This document shows, piece after piece, positions 43,816 to 58,726 of a stretch of DNA of 64,000 nt (within the stretch, counting starts at the first letter, position 1; the number at the start of each line of letters is the position of its first letter). This stretch comes from Eledone cirrhosa (taxonomy: Eukaryota). Below the pieces are notes generated by a model. That model did not search any database. It was not told the origin of the DNA and saw nothing but the letters and a program-made list of their open reading frames with translations. The translations under genes and the position numbers were made by a program. The stretch lies in the NCBI GenBank assembly GCA_964016885.1, contig OZ024742.1, positions 102,486,001 to 102,550,000 of the forward strand, read 5' to 3'.

Positions 43816-44573
43816 CCATTAGTGATAGTTAGATTGTTGTATTTTTATCATCTACTCTGGGGGGGGGGTCGGTCGTATTATTATTTTGTTTTATTAATCC
43901 TGATCCAGAAGATGAACGATCATACACGTTCCAGCCATGACTATCCCGATTTTATCTTTTCGACACCATAATTTATCCACCGGGTATCACTGACTGTTCT
44001 CTGAGGTAATGCTTTCATCATCTTGTCGACGGGGTGCAGTTGAGATCATAATGACGTGGGTTCGATTCCAGGATTGGGTTGTGTATTGTGTCCTTGAGTA
44101 AAACACTTCATTTCACGTTGCTCCCCGATATTCAGCTGAAAGTGAGTAGCAGGAATAGTTGGGAGTTCAACCCTTCAATGGACTGGCGTCCTGTCCAGGG
44201 GATGTCTTGTACTCTCAGTCGCTTCATGCCATGGAAACCGGGATGAGTACAGGCCTGATGTACCTCCTGGTCGGAGACAGACTTAAGGCCCAGCCAAGAG
44301 TGAAGAGTTTACTCTTTACACCTTTTTCGTTGTTTAATTTTCTTTCTGTCCCATATTTTTACATTCTTTTTTTTCCCATTGCCTAATATTTTCAAATCAT
44401 TTTGAAAATAATCAAAAATTGAGAATGATTTATCCAACATATTTCCGGTAGGGATTGTCTTGTATGAGATTTGGATGTTATTTCCGGTAGCTCGAATGAT
44501 TATAGCAATCAAATCTCCTTCAAACCACATCCGACCGTCTTGGAAAAGAGCACAATGGATTGTGTGATCTTGT

Positions 44574-44647
<74 letters not shown>

Positions 44648-44753
44648 ACACACACACACACACACGCACACACACAAACTACAATTGTATTGTAGGTGCT
44701 GGAAAGTTCAGTGAATAATAGTTTCATAGCTTCATCCAGGGCGGGAATCTTCG

Positions 44754-44810
<57 letters not shown>

Positions 44811-45022
44811 TTTATTATTTTGCTGGTGTCAATCACAATCATTGGACTGTAACCATGTTGGGATACAATTCAATCAACCGTTTTACACTGACATGCACAA
44901 ACACTCATATACGTATTCACGTTTATATATGTGTGCGTATATGTGTGTGCACACGCGAGTGTTTATTTATGTATATATATATATATATGCACACACACAT
45001 ACACAAATGTATATATCTATAT

Positions 45023-45088
<66 letters not shown>

Positions 45089-45452
45089 ACATAGGGGAGG
45101 GGTGTATATACGTACACGTGTGTGCACTATAGTGCGTCCACGCGCACGTGCACGCGTGTGACTATGCATACGTGCAAAAACCATAACTATGCTTTTGCAA
45201 GCACGTAACAGATATTTTATTTCATAAACACACGCACATGCGTATACTAACCTAGCACGTGCTTACTCGTGTTCACATGCACACTTGCACCTATTGTTCC
45301 AAGTGTGCGTGTATGCGGATGCATGTTCGTGTCTGTGAGTGCATGTGTTTTTATGTGTGTGTTTGTGCGTGTGAGTGACTATTCTCTGTTTGTCTATGTG
45401 TTTGCCACAAAAAATTGTCCTGTTGCTAGAGAAAGACAGGCATGTATGTATG

Positions 45453-45486
<34 letters not shown>

Positions 45487-45633
45487 TGTATATATGTGTG
45501 TGTGTGTATGTTTGTGTATGTATGCATGTATATGCAAACGTGCATCCATATATATACAGATATACATAAATACATAGCTATATGCACAAACATTCATACC
45601 CACACACATATGTATATATATATGTTATATATG

Positions 45634-45711
<78 letters not shown>

Positions 45712-46079
45712 AAGAGACGAGTGACAGAGTGCGAGAAAGTCACAAAGAGAAGGTGAGCTAAAGTGAGAAAGAGAGGGAGTGAGTAAGTTAGAGAGGGAGA
45801 GAGAGCGAGAGAGAGGCAGAGTGTTTGCGTGTGTGTGTGCGTGTGTGTGTGTGTGCGTGCGTGTGTATGTGTGTGTGTGTGTGTGTGGAAGTGGATGATG
45901 TTTTAGCCAGAGAAAATAGACAAGAGAGACCTATGGGAAATCAAAGAACACTAGAAAGAGTGACAAGGCCAAAGTATTTCCAGCACGAAAGCAAACGACC
46001 TGCTTACCATTTTACTGGTTTGATGGTTTCATACTGTCTTCAGCTTTCAAACATCAACTATATTTTTCCCACTCTGTCT

Positions 46080-48140
46080 ATACCACTACTACCACCAACA
46101 CCGATACCTACAATAACACCACTATCATCACAACGACACGTCTATCAGCACCACCACGACCGGCATCACGACCACCACGACCATCACCACCACCTCCACC
46201 ATCACTACCACCACAACCATCATCACCACCACGACCATCATCGCCACCGCCACCATCACTACCACCACAACCGTCATCACCACCACCACCACCATCACTA
46301 CCACCACAACCATCATCACCACCAAAGCCGCCACCACCACCACAACTACCACCACCACTACCAGCACAACCATCATCACCACCATCACCACCACTATTGC
46401 CATCACTATTACCATCACTACAACAAACACGACCATCATCACCACCGCCATCATCATTACCATCACCACACTACTACAACCATCACAACTACCACCACAC
46501 TACTACAACCACCACAACTACCACCACACTATTACAACCACCACAACTACCACCACACTATTACAACCATCACAACTACCACCACACTATTACAACCATC
46601 ACAACTACCACCACCACCTCCACCTCCACCACTAAGGACAAGAATACCACCACCAGTAACAACAAGAAGAATATCTTCACACTACTACTACCCTCACTAC
46701 CATCATTAACACCTCCACCCCTTCGTCTCCACCACCAACCACAATCATCACAATCACCGCCACCACCGCCACCACTGTCACTAACAATAACAAAAACAAC
46801 ATCCCACCGCCACTCCTCACCACAACATAAACAACAACACTGATGCCACCACACTAGTACAACCATACCACTACAACTACTACCACTACCACCACCGCCA
46901 CCACCACAACTACCACAAAGCGAGTACCACTACCACCACCACCACAACCACCATCACCAACACAACCACCACTACTGCCACAAAATTACCACCACTATCA
47001 CAACACGGCTACCACCACCACTACCAACACCACCACCATCTCCACCACCAAAACCACCACCACCACCACCACCACCAAAACCACTACCACCATAACCACC
47101 AAAACCACCACCACCACTACCACCACCTAACCACCACCACCACCACCAAAACCACCACCACCACCACCACCACCAAAACCTCGACCACCACCACCACCAC
47201 TACCACCACGACCACCACCACCACCACAACCACCACCACTACCACCACTACTACCACCACCACCACCACCACCACCACCACCACCAAAACCACCACCACC
47301 ACCACCGCCTAACCACCACTACCACCACCACTACCACCACCACCACCTAACCACCAACACCAAAACCACCACTACCACCACCACCAAAACCACTACCACC
47401 ACTACCACCACCACCACCACCACCACCACCACTTATCGTCAACTCATGTATAATTAATGACCAACTTATTGCTGTCACAGGCAGAATATTTTATTTATTT
47501 ATGGGTTTATCACATATTTATTGTTACTGTTACTGCTGTTGTTGTTGTTGTCACTGCTGTTGTTGTTACTGCTGTTGTTGTTGTTGTCACTGCTGTTGTT
47601 GTTACTGCTGTTGTTGTTGTTGTTGTTGTTACTGTTGTTACTGTTGTTGTTGTCACTGCTGTTGTTGTTGTTGTTACTGCTGTTGTTACTGTTGTTACTG
47701 TTGTTACTGTTGTTGTTGTTGCTGTTGTTGTTGTTACTGTTGTTGTTAGTGCTGTTGTTACTGCTGTTGTTACTGTTGTTGTTGTTGTCACTGCTGTTGT
47801 TGTTACTGCTGTTGTTGTTGTTGTTACTGTTGTTACTGTTGTTGTTGTTGTCACTGCTGTTGTTGTTGTTGTTGTTGTTACTGCTGTTGTTGTTGTTGTT
47901 GTTACTGTTGTTACTGTTGTTGTTACTGTTGTTGTTACTGTTGTTACTGTTGTTGTTACTGTTGTTGTTGTTACTGTTGTTGTTACTGTCGTTGTTACTG
48001 TTGTTGTTACTGTTGTTGTTAGTGCTGTTGTTACTGCTGTTGTTATTGTTGTTACTGCTGTTGTTACTACTGTTGTTACTGCTGTTGTTGTTACTGTTGT
48101 TATTGTTACTGCTGTTGTTACTGTTATTGTTACTGCCTCT
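46080..48140. repeat. (ACC)n field followed by a (GTT/ACT/GCT)n field
   Basis: Direct reading. Confidence 0.95.
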
Positions 48141-48329
48141 ACTCAGTACCAGAATTCACTTACTCGTTATTCCCCTACTTCCGATTGCTGGTATATTAGG
48201 TATCAGATACTGTATAACAGTATAGTTGGACTTCTGCCAGTAAACCTCTACGTAGTTTACACGGTTTTCGATTCGAGCTGTAAGAAATTGTAGCAAATCT
48301 CCCTCAAATTTCACTTTACTTTATTTTTC

Positions 48330-48600
48330 ATGATATTTCCGGATTAGAACCGAAATGACAGGAAAGAAATGACCGAAAAGACAGGAACGAAATGAAGCGT
48401 GATGATAATGAAGAGGAGTTGAGTTCTGCGTTGATGTTGGGTTGGAAGGGTTGAGACATGTGCAGACTGGTGTAGTGATAATAGCCAATCGGCTTTATGT
48501 AACTCCCATCTGCTATTAACAAAAAGTCTTACTACTGATGAGAATAGCCTCTTTGACTTGTAGGTTTCCGATGTTTGTTTAAGTTACCCTAATGCAGCAT
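48330..48600 (-). pseudogene. Possible Penelope-like 3' remnant
   Basis: Minus strand GNLQVKEAILISSK../NSRWEL resembles the GIY-YIG C-terminus at ~5823-5880. Confidence 0.4.
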
Positions 48601-49479
48601 CTCCCGGTGGCTTTTACAAATTTAACATATAAACATTGTTTAGGAATTAATCGAAGGAATTAAACTAAATTTCGAATATTTCTGTGAATATTGCCGATAT
48701 TTTCCAATATTTGGATGTATGGGTTCCATCTCGGCACACCGATATCCTCACGTTATAATAATACGTTCTGAGTTCAAATCTCGCCTAGGTTAACTTTGTC
48801 TTTCATCCTTACGGGGTCGATAAAATAAAGCACCAGTAACGTACTAAGGTAATTGCTGGCCTTGTGCCAAAAGTAGAAACAGTTATAATAATAATTATAT
48901 TTCTAAAGAAGACTTACCTTCTGATGCTCCGGTTTTTACTCAGTTTAAAATATCAGAGGTGTGTAACAAATTGAAAGAGTTGTTAGAGTATAGAACAAAG
49001 TGTCTTGCAATTTTTGTTCCAGTTCTTTGCGTTCTGAGTTCGGATGGGCCCTTGATAGCCTCTGAAGGGGTTTACTGTTTTGTAGACATTAAGGCTAGAT
49101 TTTCGGTTTGAGAATACATCATTCCTACCAGTCTCGGATGTCATGAAAGGATGTCATGACTAAACAGTAAAAAAATAAAAAATAAAAAACCAAATTTCAA
49201 AAAATAAGAGATGAAGAAAATATAGTCACTACAATGCAGATAATTAAAATTATGGAAATGAAATATTTTATTCAACAATACTTTCAAATAAATGAAAATT
49301 ATTTTACTTTTACTTGATAATTAAAACACATAAGAAACCTCATATGAGGTGCAGCTTGGTAGATGTGAACAGTACATTTCATTTTTTCTTTTCTTGTTTA
49401 ACTTTAAAAAGATAAATGCATATGATGCAAGTTGAAATAAAAGTCATTAGAAATATTTCGGTAACTTAATAACATATCT

Positions 49480-50320
49480 AGATGTTATCAGTAATATACG
49501 TGGCGATGTTTGTGATTGTGGTCACTCACCTCAGAGAGGTTCCTCTGCCCAGGTTTATAGATGTTAACAGTATTATACACGGGGATGTTTGTGATTCTGG
49601 TCATTGACCTCAGAGATGTTATTCTGCCCAGGTTTATAGATGTTAACAGTATTATACTCAAGGATGTTTGTGATTCTGGTCATTGACCTCAGAGATGTTA
49701 TTCTGCCCAGGTTTATAGATGTTAACAGTATTATACACGGGGATGTTTGTGATTCCGGTCATTGACCTCAGAGATGTTATTCTGCCCAGGTTTATAGATG
49801 TTAACAGTATTATACTCAAGGATGTTTGTGATTCTGGTCATTGACCTCAGAGATGTTATTCTGCCCAGGTTTATAGATGTTAACAGTATTATACACGGGG
49901 ATGTTTGTGATTCCGGTCATTGACCTCAGAGATGTTATTCTGCCCAGGTTTATAGATGTTAACAGTATTATACACGGGGATGTTTGTGATTCCGGTCATT
50001 GACCTCAGAGATGTTATTCTGCCCAGGTTTATAGATGTTAACAGTATTATACACGGGGATGTTTGTGATTCCGGTCATTGACCTCAGAGATGTTATTCTG
50101 CCCAGGTTTATAGATGTTAACAGTATTATACACGGGGATGTTTGTGACTCCGGTCATTGACCTCAGAGATGTTATTCTGCCCAGGTTTATAGATGTTAAC
50201 AGTATTATACACGGGGATGTTTGTGATTCTAGTAATTGAAATTAGAGGCGTTCTTCTGCTCAGGTTTGTAGATGTTATCAGTAATACACTTTGGCACTAT
50301 TGTGATCCTGGTCATTGACC
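49480..50320. repeat. 79-bp minisatellite, about 10.5 copies
   Basis: GATGTTTGTGATTCYGGTCATTGACCTCAGAGATGTTATTCTGCCCAGGTTTATAGATGTTAACAGTATTATACACGGG; period read from 49584 to 49663. Confidence 0.95.
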
Positions 50321-50910
50321 TCACATATAAACCGCCATCTAATCTTACCCTATGTATATCTATAAAAAAAAAAAAACACATTACACATTGGGCAATGATA
50401 CTCCAGATTATACTGTCGGAAAAATGAAATGACGCCATTTGAATTGACAGTATCGGTAGAGCGTCAGACACCATGCTTTGCAGCATAGTGTTATGACCCT
50501 TTACGTTCTTAGTTCAAATCCCGACGAGGTTAACTTTGTCTTTCATCCTTTCGGGGGTCGATAAAATAAAGTACCAGTAATGCACTGGGGTAGTTGCTGG
50601 CCTTGTGCCAAAAAGTAGAAACAATTATTTTGGCTAGAACGCCGCAGACCATAGTGTATCTTGTACCAGAGCTGGCTTGGGGCCCAAACAATAATAACAA
50701 CCCCCTACCCACCACTAGCGCAACACTACCTTCTCAATAAGCCAACACCACTACAACAATGACTCAACACCACTACACCAGTAACACGACACTAAACCGC
50801 TACCTCTGATCCTCTTAACGAAATAAGCAGCTCTAGAGTATCAACTTCAATTAAGATGTCACCATTTTCTTCTGGCACTCACCTCCTCCTCCTCCTCCTC
50901 CTCCTCCTCC

Positions 50911-50970
<60 letters not shown>

Positions 50971-51658
50971 CTGTCATCATTATCATAACCATCATTATCA
51001 ATGTTGTCACTGCTCATCATCATCATTATCATCATTATCATCACCACCAACATCATCATCATCACTATCATTATAGTCATTATCATCATGATCATCAACA
51101 TCAGCACCAATACCATCAATACCATCACTATCATCGTCACCACCATTACCATAGTCGCCGCCGTCATCACCACCATCGCCACGCTCCTCATCATTGTCAT
51201 CGTCATCATCATCATCATCAACGCCATCAGCATCATCAACATCGTCGTCGTCGCCGCCGCCATCATCATCGTCATCATCATCGTCATCGTCGTCGTCGTC
51301 ATCGTAGTCGTCATGGAAACAAAAAGAAGAAAATGAAGCAGTAAAGAGAAGATGGGGTGAACTAGCAGTAAGTGGGTTCAGTCCTAGCACGGGCAGAGAC
51401 GTTGTTTCTGGGAGCAACGGGAATATTGAGAGTGGGCTGAGAGGTGGGGAAGTTTGAGAGTGGATGTATATATATGTATATATATATACATATATGAACA
51501 TTTTCAAGACCCCGACGGCAGAGCTCAAGCCGTTTCGACGGCTATTTCTACTTAGAGTAGTAGAGTACCCACTCTACTACCCTAAGTATTGAGTACTCTG
51601 GTGCGTTATGGTCCACCTAGTTCCTTACCACACTTCCTTCGTTTTATATATATATATT

Positions 51659-51725
<67 letters not shown>

Positions 51726-51790
51726 CACGCAGAGGATTATTTATCACTGATATACGGAAACATTTGAGAGTGTGTATATGTATGTATATA

Positions 51791-52426
51791 CAGTAATCCC
51801 CCGTTTATCGCGGGGGATACGTTGCAGAACCAACCACGATAAATGAAAATCCGCGATACAGAGAGACTATAAAGACAACCGTCGTTTTCATAGTTTAAGC
51901 CTTAAAATATCTCTCCTATGCACTTTAAATACATATAAACTCCTTAAAACACACTTTTGTATTTAAACACCAAAAACAGCCAGTGACGATCGTATAGAAA
52001 CTACCAGCAACGATCGTACCACAAATTATTACCAATGACGGCCATTACCAGCCACGTTAGCCGCTTGGTAATACTCTGCACATCTCCCGTCAATCTATGA
52101 ACGGTTTGTAGTAGATTAGAGAAAAACACAATCAGTAAAACAGTAATGGAATGAAAAAAACAAACATTTTTTTATAGTTAAAACCTTAAAGATGCTCCTT
52201 AATTACGCTATATACTTCAATCGCATCGAAACTTATTTAATAAGTTTAAAATTTAAATCCTTTTTATTCAGACGTACGTACTGCGATAAGAAAATAGATA
52301 TGTCCTAACGAAATATCCGCGATGTAGCGAGGATTACCGCGATAGGAAATTAGATATGTTCCAAAGAAAAATCCACGATGTAGCAGGACCGCGAAGAGTG
52401 AACCGCGATATAGTGGGGGATTACTG
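51791..52426. mobile_element. pogo/Tigger-like non-autonomous DNA transposon
   Basis: TA-CAGTAATCCCCCGTTTATCGCGG ... CCGCGATATAGTGGGGGATTACTG-TA; subterminal CCGCGAT repeats. Confidence 0.85.
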
Positions 52427-52910
52427 TATAGCAATGAAAATATAGCTAAAGTTAACTATTAGAGAAGGGTATACATTGTTAAGCTGTCTTATTTTAGGTT
52501 GCATTGCTAGGAATCTACCCATCGCTAGCTTTGTAAAAGTTATTCTATATATATGTATCATCATTATCATTTGGCAGTATCGGTAGAGGGTCGGACGCCA
52601 TGCTTTGACGCATAGAGCTACGACCTTGCCATTCTGAGTTCAAATCCAGCCGAGGTTAACTTTGCCTTTCATCCTTACGGGGTCGATAAAATAAAGTACC
52701 AGTAATGTACTTGCTGGCCTTGTGGCAAAAGTAGAAACAATGATCATCATCACCACCGTTTAACGTCCATTTTTCCACATTAGAATGGGTTAGACGAGTT
52801 GTCCCGTTGTGAGACAAGGCAGATCAGATGACCGTGTCTTGCTCATACATAACTGATTTTGGCTTCGTCTCTACGGCTGTGAGTGCATATTTGTGTATAT
52901 ATGCAAGTGC

Positions 52911-52956
<46 letters not shown>

Positions 52957-52993
52957 GTGTGTGTGTGTGTAATGTATGTGCATGCATATACAT

Positions 52994-53033
<40 letters not shown>

Positions 53034-53037
<4 letters not shown>

Positions 53038-53127
53038 AAGTAAGACCCCGATGGCAGAGCTCAAGCCGCTTCGACGGCTGTAGCCGTCGTAACGGCTTGA
53101 GCTCTGCCGTCGGGGTCTTATTTTCTC
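53034..53127. repeat. ~94-bp GC-rich fold-back palindrome within a (TA)n-embedded element
   Basis: GAGAAAGTAAGACCCCGATGGCAGAGCTCAAGCCG...CGGCTTGAGCTCTGCCGTCGGGGTCTTATTTTCTC; single-arm copy at ~51506-51645. Confidence 0.9.
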
Positions 53128-53207
53128 CTATTACCCACTCTACTACCCTAAGTATTGAGTACTCTGGTGCGTTATGGTCCATCTGGTTCCTTACCACAAC
53201 TCCTTCG

Positions 53208-53278
<71 letters not shown>

Positions 53279-54993
53279 TAAAAAAATAATGAATAAAACA
53301 ATGAAACAGTTCCTTATATTAAACAAAAAAAGTTCATTATTTAACGATCGTTTCTAGGATATATATGTGTTAGAATTGGCATGCATATTCAACAGATCTA
53401 TGTACAAAATTATACAAAATTATACAAACTATCAAGATTAAATATACATACCAAACACACATATATGCCGTCTTCAGAAATAAACATATATATATATATA
53501 TATATATATATCCGCTTCAAGCCGACTCAGAGACCTACCAGATATTTTAAGGGCGATGCCCCAGCATGGCCTCAGCCGGATCGCTGGAACAGGTATATAC
53601 ATGCACACACACACACATCTATATATATATATATAAACGGCGGTGAATGTATGTGTGTGCGTGTGTGCACGTGCCTATGCTTGTGGACATACAAGACATT
53701 TCTAGTCTCATCTGACCGCAGACCTCCCCCCTCCCCTACACACACACACACCGCCGCCAGCCATTGTTTTGTGTGACCAGCCAGTCACTCACCCATTTGT
53801 CTCCATCCTCTCTTAGCCCCCTCCAACACACGCACAAATATACATACAGCCACTCACACACACACACACACACAAATACACTCACACACACACACAAACA
53901 CACACTCACAGACACACACACACACACAAACAGACAAACGCACACACACACACAAACAGACACTCACGTACACATTCACACACACACACAGACACACACC
54001 CACACACAAACACACACTCACATACACATGTACACATTCACACACACACAGACACACACACACAAACACACTCACATACACATGTACACATCCACATAAA
54101 CACACACACACACACTCACACACACAAACACACACTCACATACACATGTACACATGTACACATCCACACAAACACACACACACACACACACTCACACACA
54201 CACAAACACACACTCACATATACATCTACACATTCACCCAAACACACACACACTCACAAACACACACGCACACTCACATACACATCTACACATTCACACA
54301 TTCTACACAATCATTCTTATCCTGAAAAAAAGAATATGGTGTTTCCGAATACAGGAAAAGATCTACTTAGAAAGAGAAAGTGGGAGAGAGGGCAGCGGCG
54401 AGAGGGAGACAGAAAGACAGAGAGGGTGAGAGAGAGAAAGAAAGAATAAAAGTATTACTTATTATCATACGTATTACAGCAAGTGTTATTACTACAAGTG
54501 ATCAGGACGGAAACACCATGTCCTTAAGTTATTTAGCATCATCACCACCATCGCCATCATCACCATGATCATCATCATCATCATCATCATCACCACCATC
54601 GCCACCACCACCACCATCACCATCATTATCATCATCCTCATCACCACCATCGCCACCATCACCACCACCATCATCACCATCATAACCACTACCACCATCA
54701 CCACCACCACCATCATTATCACCACCATCACCACCACCACCATCATTATCACCATCATCATCATCACCATCATCATTATCATCGCCATCATCATCATCAT
54801 TAATGTTATAAATCCCTACGTAACATCAGACAGAGATTCTATTGTAAGTGTCGCATCATTTCCTCTCTTCAAACACACACACACACACACACACGCGCGC
54901 ACACACACACACTCACGCACACATATACACTCACACACACATACACACACACGCCAACACATACACTCACACACACACATATATATATGTATG

Positions 54994-55033
<40 letters not shown>

Positions 55034-57249
55034 AACACACACATACACGCATATAAATACACACACATACACACACGCGCATATAAACTTACATTCGCCC
55101 ACACACATACGTATACTTAGACACACAAGCACACACACATGAAGGAACATACAAACACGCACACTTTTAACCCGATATTTTATACCTAGCATTGGTGTCT
55201 CAAATATATATATGAACCCGTATCTCCTGATGGAGTCGTATGAGTAGCGTCGTGATACACTCGTGTCCAGACTCGTTAAACCTAGCTGAGCCCAATCCCT
55301 CTCTCCAGGTTAGAACACTGACTATTTCTTCTAGGGAAGGATAGTGAGAGTGATAGAAAGGAAGTGAGAAAGAGCTATAGAAGAAAAATCGATCCAAGTA
55401 TTGGAGTGGTACTTTTTTTTATCGACCTTGAAAGAAGGAACAATAGAGTTGACCTCGGTGGGATTTTAAACTCAGAGTGCAGAGAGCGGGACAGTTACCT
55501 CAAAGTATTCTATCCGACGTACTAACGACTTTGCCAATTCGTTACCTCGGTGTTTCAAATAACTTTATATATCTGCATAATATCATACACATGCACACGT
55601 GTGTATCATGACTCGTGCACTGTTCATTTTACTGATGTTTGTGCATTGCCCTATGTACTGTACATGCACTTTTTTGATGAGTTGTGGTGCACCTGGGCAC
55701 TGTACACAATATTTCATTATTGTTATTGTTATTATATCATGACTCGTACACTGTTCATTTTCCTGACATTTGTACATTATTCTATGTACTATACATGCAC
55801 CTTTGATGAGTTGTAGTGCACCTGAGCACTGTACACAATAATTTCATTATTATTATTATTATTATAACCTCACTTTAGAAATCAGAAGTACAATCTACTT
55901 TCACCCTTTTTTGCCCTCCACCTCATCTCGTCGCCCATATTGAGTACACCACTGCTTCACCTCATCCAAAATATCTACCCTCTGGAATCGGTCCTTTGCA
56001 CATGTTTTCCCAACATCTGTCTATTTGCCACTGTTCAAAAGGCAAGATAACGGCGTTAACTCCACCAGTCACACAAAGTCGATGACCAAAGGCGATGATC
56101 AAAGCTGATGACCAAAAGAACATTCCTTATTCTAGATCTAATTTAATTTCTAACTTAGGCACAAGGCCAACAATATATGAGGAATGGGAAAGTCGGCTAT
56201 ACCAAACTTCAGTACTCGATGTGTATTTCATTTTGTCAATTTCAAAGGAGTTAACGGTAAAGTTGACCTCGGCTGGATTTGAACCCAGAACGTAAAGAAT
56301 AGCAACAAATGCCATAAAGTATTTTGTCTGACGTTTTAATGACTCTGCTAATCCACCATCTTGAGACTGAATAATGGCTTTGGATTTAGGCACAAGGCCA
56401 ACAATTTTTTTTTCGGAGGTGGAGGGGTGATTTAATCGACCCCAGTGCGTTACTGGTACTTTATTTTATCGACCTCGTAAGAATGAAAGGCAAAGCTAAG
56501 AAATAAAAAGAAGAATAAATAAATAACTAAATCTAAACTATAATATAGGAAGGTCTGCGGGACTGTGTACAGTTTATTTTTTTTATCCTGTTTGTAAAAT
56601 AAGTTTGATTACTTTGAATAAATAATGAATGAATATTACATAATTTATCTACTAAATTTCGTAAACAAAAATAATTTCGTAAAAATAAATAATTTAAAAT
56701 TGACTTCTTTTCAAAATTGCACTTCCGGTATATCGTTGCCACCACCAACACCACCAACAACAACAATTCAACAACCATATAGAGAGAGTGTGTGATGTCA
56801 ACATTTCTGGTGGCGATCACTTAAATAAACAGACTAATTTTCTGTCACTAATTTTCTCCTAATGCAGTTTATATATAATATCGTCTTTTTTTAATGTATC
56901 ATGGATTACGTTACTGATTACATAAGAGAGTGTAACAACGTAACAACGTTTCGTTCAATTTCTGTTTATATTGTCAATTACGATTTTATTTGATGTATCA
57001 TATCTACATGTATATATACCTGCGTATACTATCAATATGCACACTACACATGCTAGCAGGAAACCACCTGAAGGGTGGTTTTTCTGCTAGTAATATTAAA
57101 AAGACCACGATACGATTTTAATCTACAACACAACTAAATAATGGATTGTGGCCGACGCTCTACTGATCCTGCCAATCTCTCAACATAATCCACACCTTTA
57201 CTGTTTGTTAAAATTGTATAATATAAAAACGTATTTATGAGTCAATAAG

Positions 57250-57670
57250 GGGTGCAAAGAAAGACCCAAACAGTGGATATGAGATGCTGTAAAGGAATCC
57301 TGGGAATTTGCTGCACAGAACATATCATGAACGAGGAGATCCGCAAAAGAATCACTCAGCACGTGAGTCACTTTGAAGATCTGCTGACTACGGTAAAGAG
57401 GCAGAAGTTGAGGTGGTATGAGCACGTGACAAGATTGGGTGGACTCTTTAAGACAATTCCACAAGGAACAGGGCGGGGAAACAGAAGGCAGCGCGGGGCA
57501 GACAGAGGAAGCGGTGGATAGACAACATAGCTGAGTAGACAGGGAACAACTTTGCCACAACCACGCGCACTCTCCCATAGCCGCCAGAGATGGTGGCAGT
57601 CGGTGCAGCGTTCGATACTACAGTGTCCCAACGATCGTGAATTGGGTTAAGGACCGTTGAGGATGATGAG
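57250..57670 (+). pseudogene. RTE-clade LINE 3' fragment
   Basis: DMRCCKGILGI...NEEIRKRI...DLLTTVKRQKLRWYEHVTR...RKRWIDNI. Confidence 0.8.
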
Positions 57671-57783
57671 AGGTAAGTATGGGATTCTACGTTTTAGAAA
57701 TAGGTCTGCTAGAGATAGCAACCAAATCGTCTTCAAATCACACTTTACCTTCGTAAACTAATGTCTATATTTTCTCCCAGTTT

Positions 57784-58726
57784 AGGGAGACTGGCACACT
57801 GAGTGTGCTCAGGCGCTCAGGGCTCTCTGGCAAGCGGGCCAGGCCATCGGTGGAGAATCCACCTCATCATTCTATAGAGGGCTGGTGGCTAGCAGGGGCG
57901 ATGACACCCTTGGAGAGTCGCTGGACATGGAGGAAGACGAACTGGCCAGCCTGTTCGGTAGGACTTTCGGCCCAGGTCCCAATGGACAACTTCCAGAAGT
58001 CACTGGCCTGGCAGTGCTACCGAGGGGCTCTACCCGTTCGAGAGAGGCTCTACAGACACGGGCGCCCGGGCAGGGATCCCTCAAAAAAGATTTGCCCTAG
58101 ATGCGTGCGTCACGAAGAAACCGTTGCGCACGCATTGGTGCAATATCCGGGCGTGGCTGATCTGTGGGGCTACGCCGAACGACTGCTGTCGCGGGTGGCG
58201 CCGATTCAATTGACCACCGAGTCCGTGATGACAATCAAACCGCCTCCCCTCTTCACAAAGGAAGCAAAGGCGGTTTTTCTGTGCGTAATAGCCATGTTGA
58301 AAGAGGTTGTTTGGTGGACACGATTGAAAGGTCTGAGGTCAGGCAACTTCCTCTCTGGCCATAGTCTGGTCTACTTCTTCCGATATCACTTCGGAAGAAG
58401 GATAAGAATGGAGAGAGAGGTGCTTGGCCACAGGCAGTTTTATGAAAGGTGGGTGATAGTGGAGAGAATGGCTCGTGTAAATGGGCCTTCTCTGTATACC
58501 ATCCTGTAGGTAAAGAAGTAAAGGAGAGGGGAGCACCTTCTCCATGTGCTCCCCGGGCAAAGGATTGCACACTTTTTCGAGGGTGTGTGCAACTCCCATC
58601 ACGTCCCCTCCCTTTTGAGGTTATTTTCGATTATTTTCATGTTATACCCTTTTTACTCGATTGTATGTAAACTCCCCCTTTGTATTTGTCCCTTCTTTTT
58701 ATGCCTTTATGGTAAATAAAGAAATA
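57784..58726 (+). mobile_element. 5'-truncated Tx1/L1-clade LINE (zf-RVT and C-terminus) with 18-bp TSD
   Basis: LAWQCYRGALPVRERLYRHG...CPRC...EETVAHALVQY...VVWWTR; TSD TATATTTTCTCCCAGTTT at 57766-57783 and 58727-58744; AATAAA at the 3' end. Confidence 0.85.

Noticed and set aside
45825-48293. Poly-His, poly-Val and poly-Leu ORFs
   Set aside because: Trinucleotide microsatellite artefacts
49480-50320. CRISPR-like array
   Set aside because: Contiguous repeats without unique spacers; eukaryotic context; no cas genes
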